Source of the DNA: Pelomyxa schiedti
Taxonomy: Eukaryota; Protista; Evosea
Assembly: GCA_020536535.1 (NCBI GenBank)
Contig: JAHLWZ010000347.1
Span: forward strand, 20,600 to 84,599
Length of the DNA: 64,000 nucleotides
Direction of reading: 5' to 3'
Part shown: positions 1 to 12,358 of the stretch, in pieces
How the letters are laid out: the number at the start of each line of letters is the position of its first letter
How positions within the stretch are numbered: the first letter of the stretch is position 1
Notes under the pieces: model-generated
What the model was told of the DNA's origin: nothing
Database searches by the model: none
Seen by the model: the letters and a program-made list of their open reading frames with translations, nothing else
Position numbers and translations under genes: made by a program

Positions 1-453
1 TCTTACAGCAGGCCAGATCAGAGAATCCTCCTTCTGGACACGCTGCTGTACTCACCATGCCAAATTGAGTACACCATGGACTGCACAAAAGGCCGACTAC
101 ACACAACAGCTGAAAATCTATTTTTGGGACTCACACTTTTAATTTTTTGGGTTTCATTCTTTGGATCTTGCCCTGTGATGCTCCTCAGACGCTGGAAAGA
201 CCACGAAACTGTAGAACGTGTCTGGTCCCGATGTGGTCCAGACATTTCAGAATTTTCCCTTCACAGGGTACAGAGCACCAGGACCTTTTCTGCCCCGTTG
301 ATGCCAAAAAGTGTGAGTCCAATTTTAAATAAATTCCGTTGTTACCCAATCGACTCTCTGGATTTGTTTGGTCACTGTGAAAAAGAAATCAAGGACGAAA
401 GCCCCCCCCACCAACAGCCGCGCCACCCAACGACCAAAGTTGTTGTTAATTAA

Positions 454-3220
454 ATGAACTCGAACTCGCCCACGTCGTCCCCCTCCCCGCCGCCCCCCTC
501 TACCTCCCCCGTCCCCTCCTCCTCCTCCTCGCTGTCCTCCGGGGCCCGCCACCCACACTCCCACAGCTCCTCCTCCTCGTCCCACCACAAGCTCCACCAC
601 ACCCACACCCCCCGCGGCACCATCGGCACCTTCGCCACCACCACCACCACCTCCTCCTCCTCCTCGGCGTCCCCGGCTACCACGGGCGCGGAGCCAGCGA
701 CCCAGCACCCCCCGTCGCCGCCGCTTGGGACCACCGGCACGGGCACCGCCGCCGCGAGTGTGGGTGGGGGGGCCAAGGGCACCAGCCCGGCGCCGTCCGA
801 GTTCCTCCTCGCTGCCTCGTCCTCGTCCTCCACCGCATCCGCCATCGCCACCGCCTCCGAGTTGCACAGCCTCACCATGGCCACCTCGTCCTCGGCGCCA
901 TCGCTGTCGCTCAACACCGGCGCCGCGAGCACAAGCACGAGCCCCGGGGGCGGGGGCGGCGGCGGGGGCGGCGCGCTTGGGGGAGCCCTGGCTCCGAGCC
1001 CCAGGTTCAGCTTGCCTCCTCTGCGAGGGGTTAATACCTCCCCCTCCGGCGGTAGCGGGGGAGGGAGCGGCGGGGGCAGCGGCGGCAGCGAGAGGTCCAG
1101 TTTGTCTGGCAGCGGGGGTCTACGCGCTTCGCTGTCCAACTCGGCTCCCTTGGCGCCTCCTGTTCTGCCTCACATGACACTGTTGGAAGAAATTAGGAGT
1201 CTGGAGCAGGCAATCCAAAAAATTACTACAACAAGAGGTTTGTTCTTTTTGTTTGTTGGGCATTGTTGATGCTGAAACTTATTCACACTTACATTACTCC
1301 ACAGAACAATATCTTCGCGAATTGAAAGAGATGGAAGTGGATGAAAACAAAGTATAGCCTTCCCTTTGTTATATGGGTTGAAATTTGTTAATTTCTAGTA
1401 GAAAAGAGCCCTGGTCTTCTCTAAAAAGGAAGATCTAAGACGCTTATCCTCATTCCAGCAACCAACTTTTCAATCTGCCCTCTCAGCGGGACTATTGGTT
1501 ACAATGTCAAACCACTTTGATCTTACAAACTCTTTACCAGTGGTAGGCTTATCTCCCAAATTCCGCTGTAGTTTGATTGGTTGCCTAACTTACCTAAACA
1601 GATGAAAGTATTAAAGTATCCATCTGTAACAACTGTATATTCTATGATGAGCTCCAATTCGCAAGAACAGGATATTGCATTTAATGAAGTTTTATGTGGC
1701 CGCACTATTTCCACTTATCCCTTGGATACAATGAATAACGAGAGGGTTTGTTAATGTTCTTTTTGCTTATTGTGCTTCAAGGTGAATACATCTGATTACA
1801 TGCACCCATTGTTCTGATTTCTCTCTAACGTAGACTCGTAGATCGGTGATCCTGTCTGTGATCGATTTAATGCCCGCCTTTGCATAGGAGGAAAAGCCTT
1901 TTTATGTTTGGCAGATGGATGTATGTATTTTCTTTTTTTGTTTTGGCCCATCCATTTGATTCGATTTCTCATTTCAGTGCGACATTTCTTAAGGTAATTG
2001 GGGTACAAAGCCAAGAGAAGCAGCCTCAAGGGCATCTTCAAGCTTTGTTGGTTATTTATTTGAAAATACAGCGTTAGTTTTACTTTTCCACATGCGTCAA
2101 CTCTTAGGCTTACTACAGAACTCTATCTACCGTCCGAGAGTATGGCGCCCTCATGCTTCAAGCGCTAGCGGAGGCACATAATGATATTATAATTGACAAA
2201 AAAGATCGATGGGACGCTGGGACAACAACATTGCTAGGTGTTACAATTGTCCCAGTGGTATTGCCTCGTTCTTCTTTTCTTAGAGTCCCTTACATTTGCT
2301 TTTTTTTTTTCCCCTTCAAGACTTGTAGTGACAGCTCCAGTATGCAACTCTATTTTCCTTCTTCACTAACATTGAAAAGGTGCCGAGTATGAAGAATGGG
2401 CTTGCATTGTTTTAAATATAGGAGATTGTAAAGTATATTCTTTGGCCTCCCTCAAAGTTTAAAAGACAATTAGGCATTTAGATGGTCTCATAAAGACAAG
2501 AAAGTAATTGAATTGACGTATGGTGTCTATTGTGATGAATTTAACCCAATTGGTTGTTATGCACAACATCAGTGGTGGAAATCGGCCCAGTCTTGACGCG
2601 TGTGATCCTGGCGGAAGAATTGGACCGCACACAGATACTGGAAGTCCCGATTTACGGAATTTATCGTTTTTTTTCTCCCTGTGTCAAAAGGAAGACATCA
2701 TTTTCTGTGTGAGGTAGGAAAAACTCTTGTACTTTTCTTTAACTTGTACTAGTGATGGTGTGCATGACAATCTAGAGGCAGCCTCGCTCGCAGTTGAGCC
2801 CCAAACACTTTGCCCCGCAGAATTCGGGGGCATTAGCAGTTGGGAGGAGGCTGCTCAATTAAATCCCAAACTCGCAACAAATGCACGGGAACATTTCATG
2901 TATAACTCTTTTCTCCTCCAACCTGTTACTGAGTATCTCCCTAGGTCAGAGAAGCTAACTGGTATTATTCTAAATGGCGCCTCTGACCCCGGCCAGCTGG
3001 AACTTATTGTAAAGAGAATTACGGATTATTGCTATGCCCTCACAGCACCTAGCAGGTGTTTTTTTTTTCCCCCTGTGGTGCTTTTTTAACGTGAAGTCAC
3101 AGAGCATTCATGGAGGAATTCCCACAAAAGAAACTACCTTCTGACTACAAGGATTTCCCCGGAAAGCTAGACCACACCACGTGCGTTGCTGTAAAACTAA
3201 AATCCTCATGGGTTCTCTGA
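454..3220 (+). CDS. Multi-exon PPM/PP2C-like phosphatase-domain protein (CG9801-type) with a long Ser/Thr/Pro/Gly/His low-complexity N-terminus
   Basis: ATG at 454 and a GC-rich low-complexity exon 1. Later exons give DPVCDRF..LCLADG, AHNDII...AGTTTLLG, NISGGNR..DACDPGGRIGP..GSPDLRNL, TSDGVHDNL and PGKLDHTTCVAV, with stop TGA at 3218-3220. The last intron (3056-3102) joins in frame. Not every internal junction was resolved. Confidence 0.8.
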
Positions 3221-3367
3221 TAGTGCCATCACCGCCCCGTTTATTTCAAACCCAAAAATCTATTCTAATTTCATGAGATGAAGCATTTTTTCCCTACACT
3301 TTTCGAAACAATAGTGATGGTGCTTGGGTTGAGAGATGATGGACGTTTTGAGAGTTGGGAATAAGAA

Positions 3368-5107
3368 TCAGTGATGATGACCCCCAAACAAGGGTTTGAG
3401 CCACTGTTCATCAAAACGAATCCAGGCACGGTGCAAACGAGTGTCTGGAAGTTCTCCTGTTGTTTTTGTTGTTGTGTTTTTCCCCGTTAAATTCTCTGCT
3501 CGTTTATACGGGTTTTCATATCAAAAGTAGATGTTATGGACTGGCAAGTACCTTGTTCTGCATTAGGCTGCTGCATTTCAATTGGAAGTTGATGTTGTTG
3601 CAATGGAACTGAATGGTTAATTGGGATCATCCCTTTTTTGACCTTGGGGTGCAGCTGAGTCTCATCCCTGATGGCATCCTCCACTTCAGTCTCAGAGGCT
3701 GATGGAATGTGGAGTGCAAGTGCAACCGGCTTGGTGGAAGCACCTATCAGGGTGTTCGTTATCAGAACCACAAGGTATGTCACGTTGACTATTGTTCGCC
3801 TTTGTGTGGACTCGGGTGCATTCAGGGCTAGAATAAGTGCCACTCCACCTCTCAGGTTTGCGTAGAACATGAGGAATGCATATTTGAATGGAATAGGCCG
3901 GCTGTATTCTGCTACTAGCGACCCGGAGGGCTGCCTTCTTCTTGAGATATTCGCAATTGCTGATATTGGAAAGACTGTTGCTGCTCTGGCTGCTATGACC
4001 AGTCCTAGTACACTTAGAGTCAGGGGCATGTTCCAGGCTCCAGATGCGAAGGGCTTATCACCAGAGAAAAGTGTCAAGCCTACGGATATGAACATAGTTG
4101 TATCGGCAATTAGCCCAAAGGTTCCAGAAATGTGGAAAAGAGTCACTCTCGCTTCCCGGGACACGCTATAAAATGCATAGTGACTCAGAAGAGTTCCGCA
4201 AACAAAGAGCGATACAACTCCACTCAGGAAAAGGACTTGAGCCACAGAATAAGATATGTAGGCACACAGTAATACAACGCTGGTCTCGTAAGCAGAAGAC
4301 AGGCCATAGTGCTTGACTTTTTTCATTCCAAACGAGCAAATGAATCCAACAGCAAGTCCAACGAGTACGGATAGAACGCATACTGCCAGGAATTCACCGA
4401 CAGATTTTAGAATATTAACCCATCCAACTTCAGATACATCCGAGAATTGGCTCAGGGTGTTGAAAAGCGTGATTGCCACAGCATCATTCAGTACGCTTTC
4501 ACCAAATACAATACTGTGAAGCATGAGGTCCACCTTGAGCTCTCGTAGGGCCGCCAGTGTTGCTACTGTATCAATTGCGCTAAGTACAGCTCCTACTACC
4601 AGGCAGTCAAACAGAGTCCCGGATTTCCACACCAGAGGCTTCAAGGCATACAATCCAAAGCCTATGACAAGACCAGTGATGAGTGTTCCCAGTACGGCAA
4701 AGCTCAGAATTGTTCCAAGGTTCTGCATTACATAAGGTAATTGAATGTTAACTTCTGGTACTCATAGTCAGTTCCACAAACTGAAGATTAGATTGGCTTG
4801 TACTTACTCTGAAAAAGTGACTCTTCTTCATCGTGAATCCAGCATTGAATATTATAGGAGGAAGCAGGAAAATATAAGCCACGCTGCTGAATGTGTCCGG
4901 ATCCAGCGATGGGACGTTCCAATCCAGCCTCCGATTAATTCCGTAGATAGCAGAACCCACTACAAGCCCCCACATCAGTGATGCACCACTTTCGTGTAGG
5001 TAATGGAAAATCCTCCAGTGGCTGACACATATGTTAAATGCTACACTGACGACCAACACCACACTAGCTCCTAGTGCTGTTAATTGTTGCCTATCAATTT
5101 CGTGCAT
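3368..5107 (-). CDS. Na+/H+ exchanger, CPA1 (NHE/NHX) family; exons 5107-4808, 4722-3552, 3456-3368
   Basis: Motifs LLPPIIFNAG, FFR|NLGTI across an 85-nt intron, FGESVLNDAVAI and LRGGVALILAL. A terminal exon missed by the ORF track encodes the NHE/NHX tail RLHRAWIRFDEQWLKPLFGG. Exon lengths sum to an intact frame. Confidence 0.93.
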
Positions 5108-5716
5108 CGTCTTCTTTCTATTCTTCGGATATTAAGTGTGGGAGCCAGTAATACTTTTGTTAATGCAAAAATAGAAATTTAGACTCAAACTGAACAGATC
5201 CGTCTAACAGATCCACCTGCCCCATAATACCGTCTTAGCCTCTTTCTAGAACGGTACACGGAGCAGATTGCCCAAGACTTCTGGACATACTCTCAAGATC
5301 ATTTCTGGAGTCTTGTGCCGAATCCAAGTAATAAGTCCATAAGTGAAATAGGGATGATGACCGCCAAAGATTCCCACAAGTCAGAGCGTGAACTTGTGAA
5401 GATCGTTCCCCAGGGCCAAGTGGATGCCAACCATTTGGTCTGATAATGGGGATGGCTTGTGTGGAGGTCTGACCTATCAGATGTTTTTCATTTTTTGATT
5501 TGGGAGCTGTGAATTAATTCTGCTCAATGCTGTGGCGAGGTGAAATGATTATGGAGCGCCACAATGTGACACCTTCACTTTCGTTTTTTGATTTTCCGAA
5601 AAATCAAATGCGCATTGTCGATGGTGCGCCATCGGCGTCTGAACTTGGCGCAAAAAAAACCACTGGCTATGTAGTCAAGCAAAGCAAACAACTTGTTACA
5701 ACAAAGTAAAAAAGAA

Positions 5717-7853
5717 ATGGGGAACCAGATGGACAGCTACGACATCTTGACCGCCTCTCGCACTATGTGGGACCTAGTTCTCACTCCCTACTTCCTTCTA
5801 CGCCGCAGCGGGAGAAATGCGAAGCCCTTGTCTAGAAAGAGATCTGTGGCCCTTATGTCTCTGTGTGAGGTCTTCTGGCCGCTCGTGCCCCGCGTCTGCA
5901 GTGCCATCGTTTCCGACTACGCGCAGTTCCGCGGCACAAGGGAGCAGCAGTTTCACGACATGCATGATGAGTGCGTGGGGGAGCACCGCTCGTCGTACGA
6001 CCCGCTGGAGTGGGCCGCCGAGGCCGGGGGAGGCGGGCGGGGCCGCTGCGCCCTGTGGCTGCTGAGGCGCCGCGAGCGGGAGGCCATGGCCAGGGGCGGC
6101 GGGCGGAACCGGGGGAAGGAGCAGGCGGCGGTGCTGCGGGGCCTGTGCATGGGTGGCCACTTGGGGGCGGCTCAGAGCCTCGTGGGCCGGTCTCGTGCTC
6201 CTGGTAGTGCTTGTGGGAACGGGGACGGGAATGCGAATGCAAATGTGAATGGGACCGGGACTGGGATTGCGGACGTGAATGAGGTTGGGGGGTGGATGGG
6301 ATGCGGCGGATTGTGCCGTTCGTTGGAAGTCGACGTGGGTGAGTCTTTGTTGCGCGGCGTGTGTGGTGCTGGACTCCTGGAAGTTGCCAAATGGATTGTG
6401 CTAAGGTTTCCTGTGCATAACTGGCAGATGTTCCTACCGTTTTTGAAAGCGATTGAGGGTGGCCACCTTGACGTCGCCCAGTGGATCGAGGGAAATTTTG
6501 ATGTCAGAAGGGTGCAGATGTTCTATCAAGTGTTTCAATACGCCCCTCGCAGTGGGAGGCTTGATGTGATGGAATACTGCTGGAATAGATTCAGATGTGA
6601 TGAAACCCACCAGGTGATCGCCCTCATCCTCCTATGCAGCAGGGTATCTGCCGAACATTACGTTGAGCAATGCAAATGGTTGAAGGAGCACCTCAACGGT
6701 ATAAGTTGGGACTCGCTTGTCACCTGGATGAATAATGCGGATGTGAAGCGCTGGATGATTAAAAGTGGGTTGGCACTACCACCAGATTCCTGTTATGTTG
6801 CCTTGTATAGTTTATGCGACGTCAAACTTGCCAAGTGGCTCATGGCCCAATATCACGTCCCTCTCCCTGAGGTTGAAGACTGGATCTTCGAAAACGATGA
6901 AGACAGTGTTTCCGTGGTGCAATTTATACTCCAACACCCAAAGAATGCCAAGAATCTCCCCCCAGCAGTAATGAGACAATCTATCAAAATGGCACTTTAC
7001 CGTGGAAACCTGGCAGTAGCTGACTGGTTGGAAACTACTGGCCATTGTAGGGTCACTAAATCCCTGTTGGATGACGAACTCACCCGCTATTGGAGAACCG
7101 AGGTCTTCCATTGGTTCCTCGAACGAGTTCCGAACATCAAAGAACACCTAGTAGCCAAAGCGGTCAATTACTGTCTGTTGAATGCAAGCCCCAACATCGG
7201 CGGTGCTCTGATTTTGCTAAAAACTTGCAATCTTGATCATCACAGGAACCTGGCAATGTGGAGGACAGTTGTCGAAGCCCTTCCAAGTGTAGACCTTTCT
7301 TCGGCACAGCAGCTTTCTGCTCTGGGCCATTTCACAAGGGAACAGGTGGCCAGAAGCTTCGCTACCAGCAAGTCCGTGTTATCGGCAAAAGTGGTCAAAT
7401 GGGCAATTGAAAGTTTCCATCTCGAGGCAAGGCAGGTCAAAGCAAACAACAATAGCCTATTGTTTGCGTTGATTGTCCGATCCAAGACATCCTGTGCGGA
7501 GTACTTTGTAAGGAAATTTAATGTCACTTTGAAGGAGGTATGTGAAACAATCAGGCTCCGTAACACTAACCATTCCACAGTTACTCGACATGTTTACAAA
7601 ACGCAGTCTTGGAGGCCTATCTGTGAGTCTGACAATGTGGAGGATGCTGCTCAGGCAATTCCCGGGAATCACGGCCGAAATTGTGAAGGAGAACTTGATG
7701 AGCGTAGTCATTGCTTCGCCTTACATCATGGAACACAGCCTTGGGACGTTGGGACTTACTGTGGCCGACATCCTTCAGTATTGCCATGGTCGCAATGTGT
7801 TCCTTCCAAGCCGCGTTTGGTTGGAACCGCATCAGAACACGCATTTAGAATGA
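5717..7853 (+). CDS. Lineage-expanded hypothetical protein with degenerate ankyrin-like helical repeats; one 43-nt intron at 7538-7580
   Basis: Long ORF with repeats such as GGHLGAAQ, GLLEVAKW, GGHLDVAQW, SGRLDVMEY and GNLAVADWL. The intron GTATGT...CTAAC...CACAG joins KFNVTLKE|LLDMF to the 7542-7853 frame. Confidence 0.7.
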
Positions 7854-8020
7854 AACTTGGTTTTGAATGTTTTTCCCTTTTTTTCCAAGACAAGTTCCTG
7901 GTGATTGACAACAAAATTTTATTGATGAAACAAGCGTGAAAGAGGGTTGTTGGTTGGGTAAAGAAGCAGTGTGGGAGATGATGGTTCTGATGGTTAGCGC
8001 GGGGGTGCAGGACAAATCAC

Positions 8021-11000
8021 TTAGAGCCATATTTTATGGACATCACCTTTTCCATATGACGTTTGGCAGCTTGGGCACCTTCTGCTACGTGCATGAAGTG
8101 AACTCTCGATGCACTCGGAGCAAAACACGTGGAAACAGCGTGAAATAACCACGTTCTTCTCCCGGTCATTGCACAGAGTGCAACGGGTTTTAGCCTGTGG
8201 GAACGTAAACCGTTTGGGTATTACTTTGTTTGGTAAGAGCGAGTGAAACCTTGCACTGTGCCAATTCTTGTTCTAGATCACGAAATTTCTCACTCACCAC
8301 TGGTTTCTTTTCAAGATTTTTTTGCAATGTGTCACACTCTTCCTTGGGAGTGTTAAGATGTGGGAACCGTATTGAGAGACATACCTCGAGCTCGGCAATT
8401 GTCTCCTTGAACTGAATAACCGATTGCTCTGCTTCAGCTTGCTGCTTTTTACAAGTGGTGTATGCCTGTTGAAGGTTGTCATATTGCACTTGAAGTTGTT
8501 TTTGACTCTTCATCAGGTCAGACAAGTCAGGGAAAGAGGGGAGACAACATGTATAGCACATGCTTGCGTTTTTGTATTGGTTTTTTGTATTTCAATAGTC
8601 TCCTTTATTGCATTTGCCTTTTTCAGTTAGACTAATAATGGGGATGCACAGTGAAACCAGCTTTTCTTCCACAGCTTTAATATACTCTTCCTTTGCTGCC
8701 AATTGATCACTGAGTGTCTTCATCCTTTGTTCCATGGCCTCTAGCTTCTTGGCAATAGTCACTTTCTCTTCTTGGGCAAAATTCTGGGTCTGCTCAAGTT
8801 TGATTCGCTTTATTTTTTTGTTATTGTGAAAGGAATTTCACATTGTACAACCTCTTGTAGCATCTGGGCACCCCAGTCTTCCTTCTCCCCGATTTGAGCC
8901 ATAAGACGGGTATTTTGTTCCTGAAGTGCAGCGAACATTTTACATGTTTCCTCAAATTGAGATGTCAGTAAAGATGTTTCTTGTTTTTGTTGATCCAGTT
9001 TCTTTTGAAGCTCGCGATTGCCATGTTCGAGGCGACTATACTGCTCCTACGAAAGAATGATTACTAAGAAACTATGATTGAGAAGGGAACCCGTGAGGGA
9101 GTCTGAGATGTACTGGCTGATTGGGATGACCTTGATCTTGATGATGTTGATGTAGTGGATGTCAATGCTGCCGAGGAAGTGGAAAGGACTGGTGGATTGA
9201 CACGTTCTGCTGTTGAGATTTGCAAGTTAAGGCCCAGTAATATAGTTTCTACATCAAGGGCGCTGCTGATGCTCTTCAGGCCATTCCATACTCCAGTTTT
9301 GTCCTTTGAAAAAAAAAAAAATTAGTCATAGTAGGCAATGTGTGCTAGGTGTTCTGGTGAGGTGTGAGCACAATGTATTCAAGCTATACCCCGGTACAAC
9401 ATGATAAGTATCTATCAATTTGAGGAAGCTGTTGTGCTGCTTTTCTTATACAGGTGAGAAACGAAGAAATAAAGGTGTGTGACTCACCCAATTCTTAATC
9501 TCAATTCTTGAATTGCTTTCTTAAAAGGTTCTGTGTTGTTTAACTGCCACGCTAGAAGTAAGAGAATTGACAAGATAAAAGGATTAAATAAGCTATACAA
9601 ATGCTTGGGTAATAACTTTTCGTAGTAGTTCTGCCTCCAACTCGATTTCATCTTTCATTCGCTTTAACTTCGTACATTCCACACGCAACAGAGCTGTCTG
9701 TTCAAATCAGTAGGCTCAACATAGAAGACAAAAAGACCTCTTGCTGAGCTTTGTCAAGTTGTTCGGTTTTCATTTTAATAATGGCAGTGGTCTCCTGGAC
9801 CAATTTTGCAGATGGTTGCATAGCTGCTTTCAGTTTACTCTAGTAAACGAAAATGACCTTAGAAACAACAATTGAAAGAACTTGGGTACCTCAAGAATTA
9901 CTTGAGCTAGTTGAGCTCTGAGACGAGTATTGTCTTCTTCTGCCATTTTTTGGGCCTTCACGCAAGTTTGCTCACTCTGTTGTAGTATTTTTACCTTTAT
10001 GAGGGAGTGAGGACACAATTTTTTTCCACTGGTTTGTCGTACCTCACTACACCTAGTGGCAGCTTTGTCGTCTATGGTCTTTTTAACTACAGCAGAGAGT
10101 TCATCAACCTTGGTGGCTACTTCTTGTTGTGCTGATGTAAATTGAGCCAATAGAGACTTGTAGGTTGTTGTAGTCACTATCCGTGACTCTGGAATGGATT
10201 CCAGCTAGTAATAACCAAAATGTAAATGAAAAACTTCATTATCCACTATCACAAACCTCAGCTTTAAGAGTGCTGTTTTCTTGCTTCTGTAGGGCTAGAT
10301 CGTTCTCCAGCTTCGTCATGGATTGTTTCAAAGAAAGGATTTCATTTTCCATCTAAAACGAGATGAGTACAGTGGAATAGAAAGACAAGACTTATTTTCG
10401 AACAAGTTGAGTATTAAACCTGAACAAAAGACTGCGAAGTGGATGCCCCAAGGGTAGGAGACGATTCTTGCTTAATCGAACAAGGTGTCATAACTACATC
10501 ACCTGAACTTGAATTTTCTACAGGTGTGGCTAATAGGGAAGGAGATGTAATCACTTGAGACACAAAAGGAGCAGAATTTTGCTTGAAAGAATTATTAGGT
10601 TGGGAAAAATTTGATAGGTACCTTAAGTTTTGCTACTAATCTACGCATCTGAGTGACTTCCAATTGTGTTGAAGCTAAATCAGCTTTCAGTGAGGAAATT
10701 TTCTTTCATATGTCAGGGTCAAGGAAAAAAAAAATTTCTCACACCTCTTGGGCTGTGCAAAGAGTGGATTTGAGGTTTGAAACTTCAAGAGCACTTGCTT
10801 TAGATCTTACATCAAATAAGATGCACGGATAAGGGAACATGGAAAACCTGGCTACAACTGAGTTGAGAGTGTGCTGTGCACTCTGTAGGAGTAAATCTTG
10901 CTTATGATTAAAATCGAGAGCTTCTTTCATGGCAACAGAGGCACGAAGGCTGGGATCTATTACAGGCATAAAAATCCAAAAAAAAAAAAAAATGGTTTGG

Positions 11001-12171
11001 GAGGAAAAGTACCCATTTCTTGTAAGTGTTTGGAAGCAGTATGCAAAGCTTTGTTCTGTGAGTCTACTATCACTTGAAGGCAAGTCTCTGTTTCTTTGAG
11101 CTTTTTCTCAAGGGATTTTTCAATAGCATCAGCCCATTGATCTGCGGCTATAGACATCAACAACTTGAAGAAAAGTGGGAAAAAAAAACCAACTGCTATT
11201 TCTAGCAACATGATTGGTTTCTTTTAGGGCGTCACAAAACTGGTTTAGAATATCTGTTGTACGTGCAGGTTCCTCATCTATCCCAGAAGGAAAGAGAAAA
11301 CAAGTGAATACAGTGATTGCCCAAAATGGAATATTTACAGTTACTATTTGGTGAGTGAATCAAAAAGTTGTCCATCAAATGTTCAAGTCTATCCCAAGCC
11401 CTGCATATTTGGAAGAAAGCATCTCGCGTTCTTGAGGCCCCATGCTAAAATAATTATTTGCAGAAAATAAATTAGTTGCAATCTAAACTGATATAGAAGG
11501 ATGAGGAAAGTAGGCACCCTCAAGGAAGAATTGTCAGACTTGAGAGATTGTATTTCGGCATTCCTTTCACGCAGTTTTATCAACAGCTGCTGTTTCTGGA
11601 AGTTCTCCACTTTGTCCATGATCTCCCTGGGCAAGTCAAAGTCTGAGGGGTCCAACTTGGTCACCTCGATGTCCAGCTCACCCAGTACATTTCGTGTTTT
11701 CCTGGGTCTCTTTGCCGGCCTGCTCTGAGGATTCCCCGACGTAGATATAGGCTCCATTTTCACATCGCATCTTCCTGCACTGGCACTGTTCAAACTCTGG
11801 CCTTGCGCCGCCGAAGCTGACGAGATCGACTCGTTGCCACAAGAACCACGCGGCGAGGTCGATGACGATGTGGTGTTAGTTACGGCACTCCCAGTAGCTG
11901 TTGACGTCGCAGATCTATCCACAGACGACGACGTTACGATTGTAGGCGATGACGTCGCGGAGTTTGCCGTAACCACAGACGACGTAGATGCAGGAGAGAT
12001 GGAGATGTTGCTGCTGCTGCTGTGGGGGTTTGTCGTTGATGCGGAGGAGGAAGGGGGACTAGTACTAGTACTACTGCTTGTTGTAGATGCGGTGGTATTT
12101 GTGTTCGTAAATGAGTTTGACATATTAATTGGTGCGGGCGGAGGTCTCTTTATGCCCCCGGCTTCGGTCAT
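8021..12171 (-). CDS. BRE1: BRE1/RNF20-type histone H2B E3 ubiquitin ligase (coiled coil plus C-terminal RING), multi-exon
   Basis: N-terminal BRE1-like segment ENFQKQQLLIKLRERNAEI, many coiled-coil exons, and a terminal RING CTLCNDREKNVVISRCFHVFCSECIESSLHARSRRCPSCQTSYGKGDVHKIWL* read on the minus strand at ~8185-8021. Confidence 0.87.
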
Positions 12172-12358
12172 TTTATCGAGGATGTCGCCCCAATTTTTAT
12201 GCCTTATGGCTTGTCTTTGTTAATTTCTTTTGATTTTTCTGCTTCTTGGCCCTGAGTTGGGTTTTTTGGTTTTTTTTTTCTCGTCTGGCGTGTCTGCCCC
12301 ACTCGACAACAAACAAAGTCTTGTGTGTTGTGGTTGTGCAGACGTAGTTTGGTGGAGG
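12172..12358. promoter_or_regulatory. Probable bidirectional promoter between BRE1 (-) and RNF213-like copy A (+)
   Basis: Head-to-head ATGs at 12171 (-) and 12359 (+), only 187 bp apart, with T-rich tracts. Inferred from geometry only. Confidence 0.4.

Noticed and set aside
1-453. Open frames at the window start, a CRTC/FCP Cys pattern and an Sm-site-like aattttttgg
   Set aside because: No family motif, splice context or snRNA structure could be established from this fragment.
325-1139. Long minus-strand Gly/Pro/Glu-rich ORFs (325-867, 450-1139)
   Set aside because: Antisense to the GC-rich low-complexity exon 1 of the PP2C-like gene. GC-rich DNA lacks stops by chance.
5354-5443. C/D-box snoRNA-like pattern (ATGATGA ... 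CTGA, ~90 nt)
   Set aside because: No convincing terminal stem or recognisable rRNA antisense guide, and the CTGA is the stop of an open frame. Treated as coincidental.
7538-7939. C-terminus of the 748-aa ORF and an apparent frameshift to the 7542-7853 frame
   Set aside because: Explained by a canonical 43-nt intron (7538-7580). The true stop is 7853.
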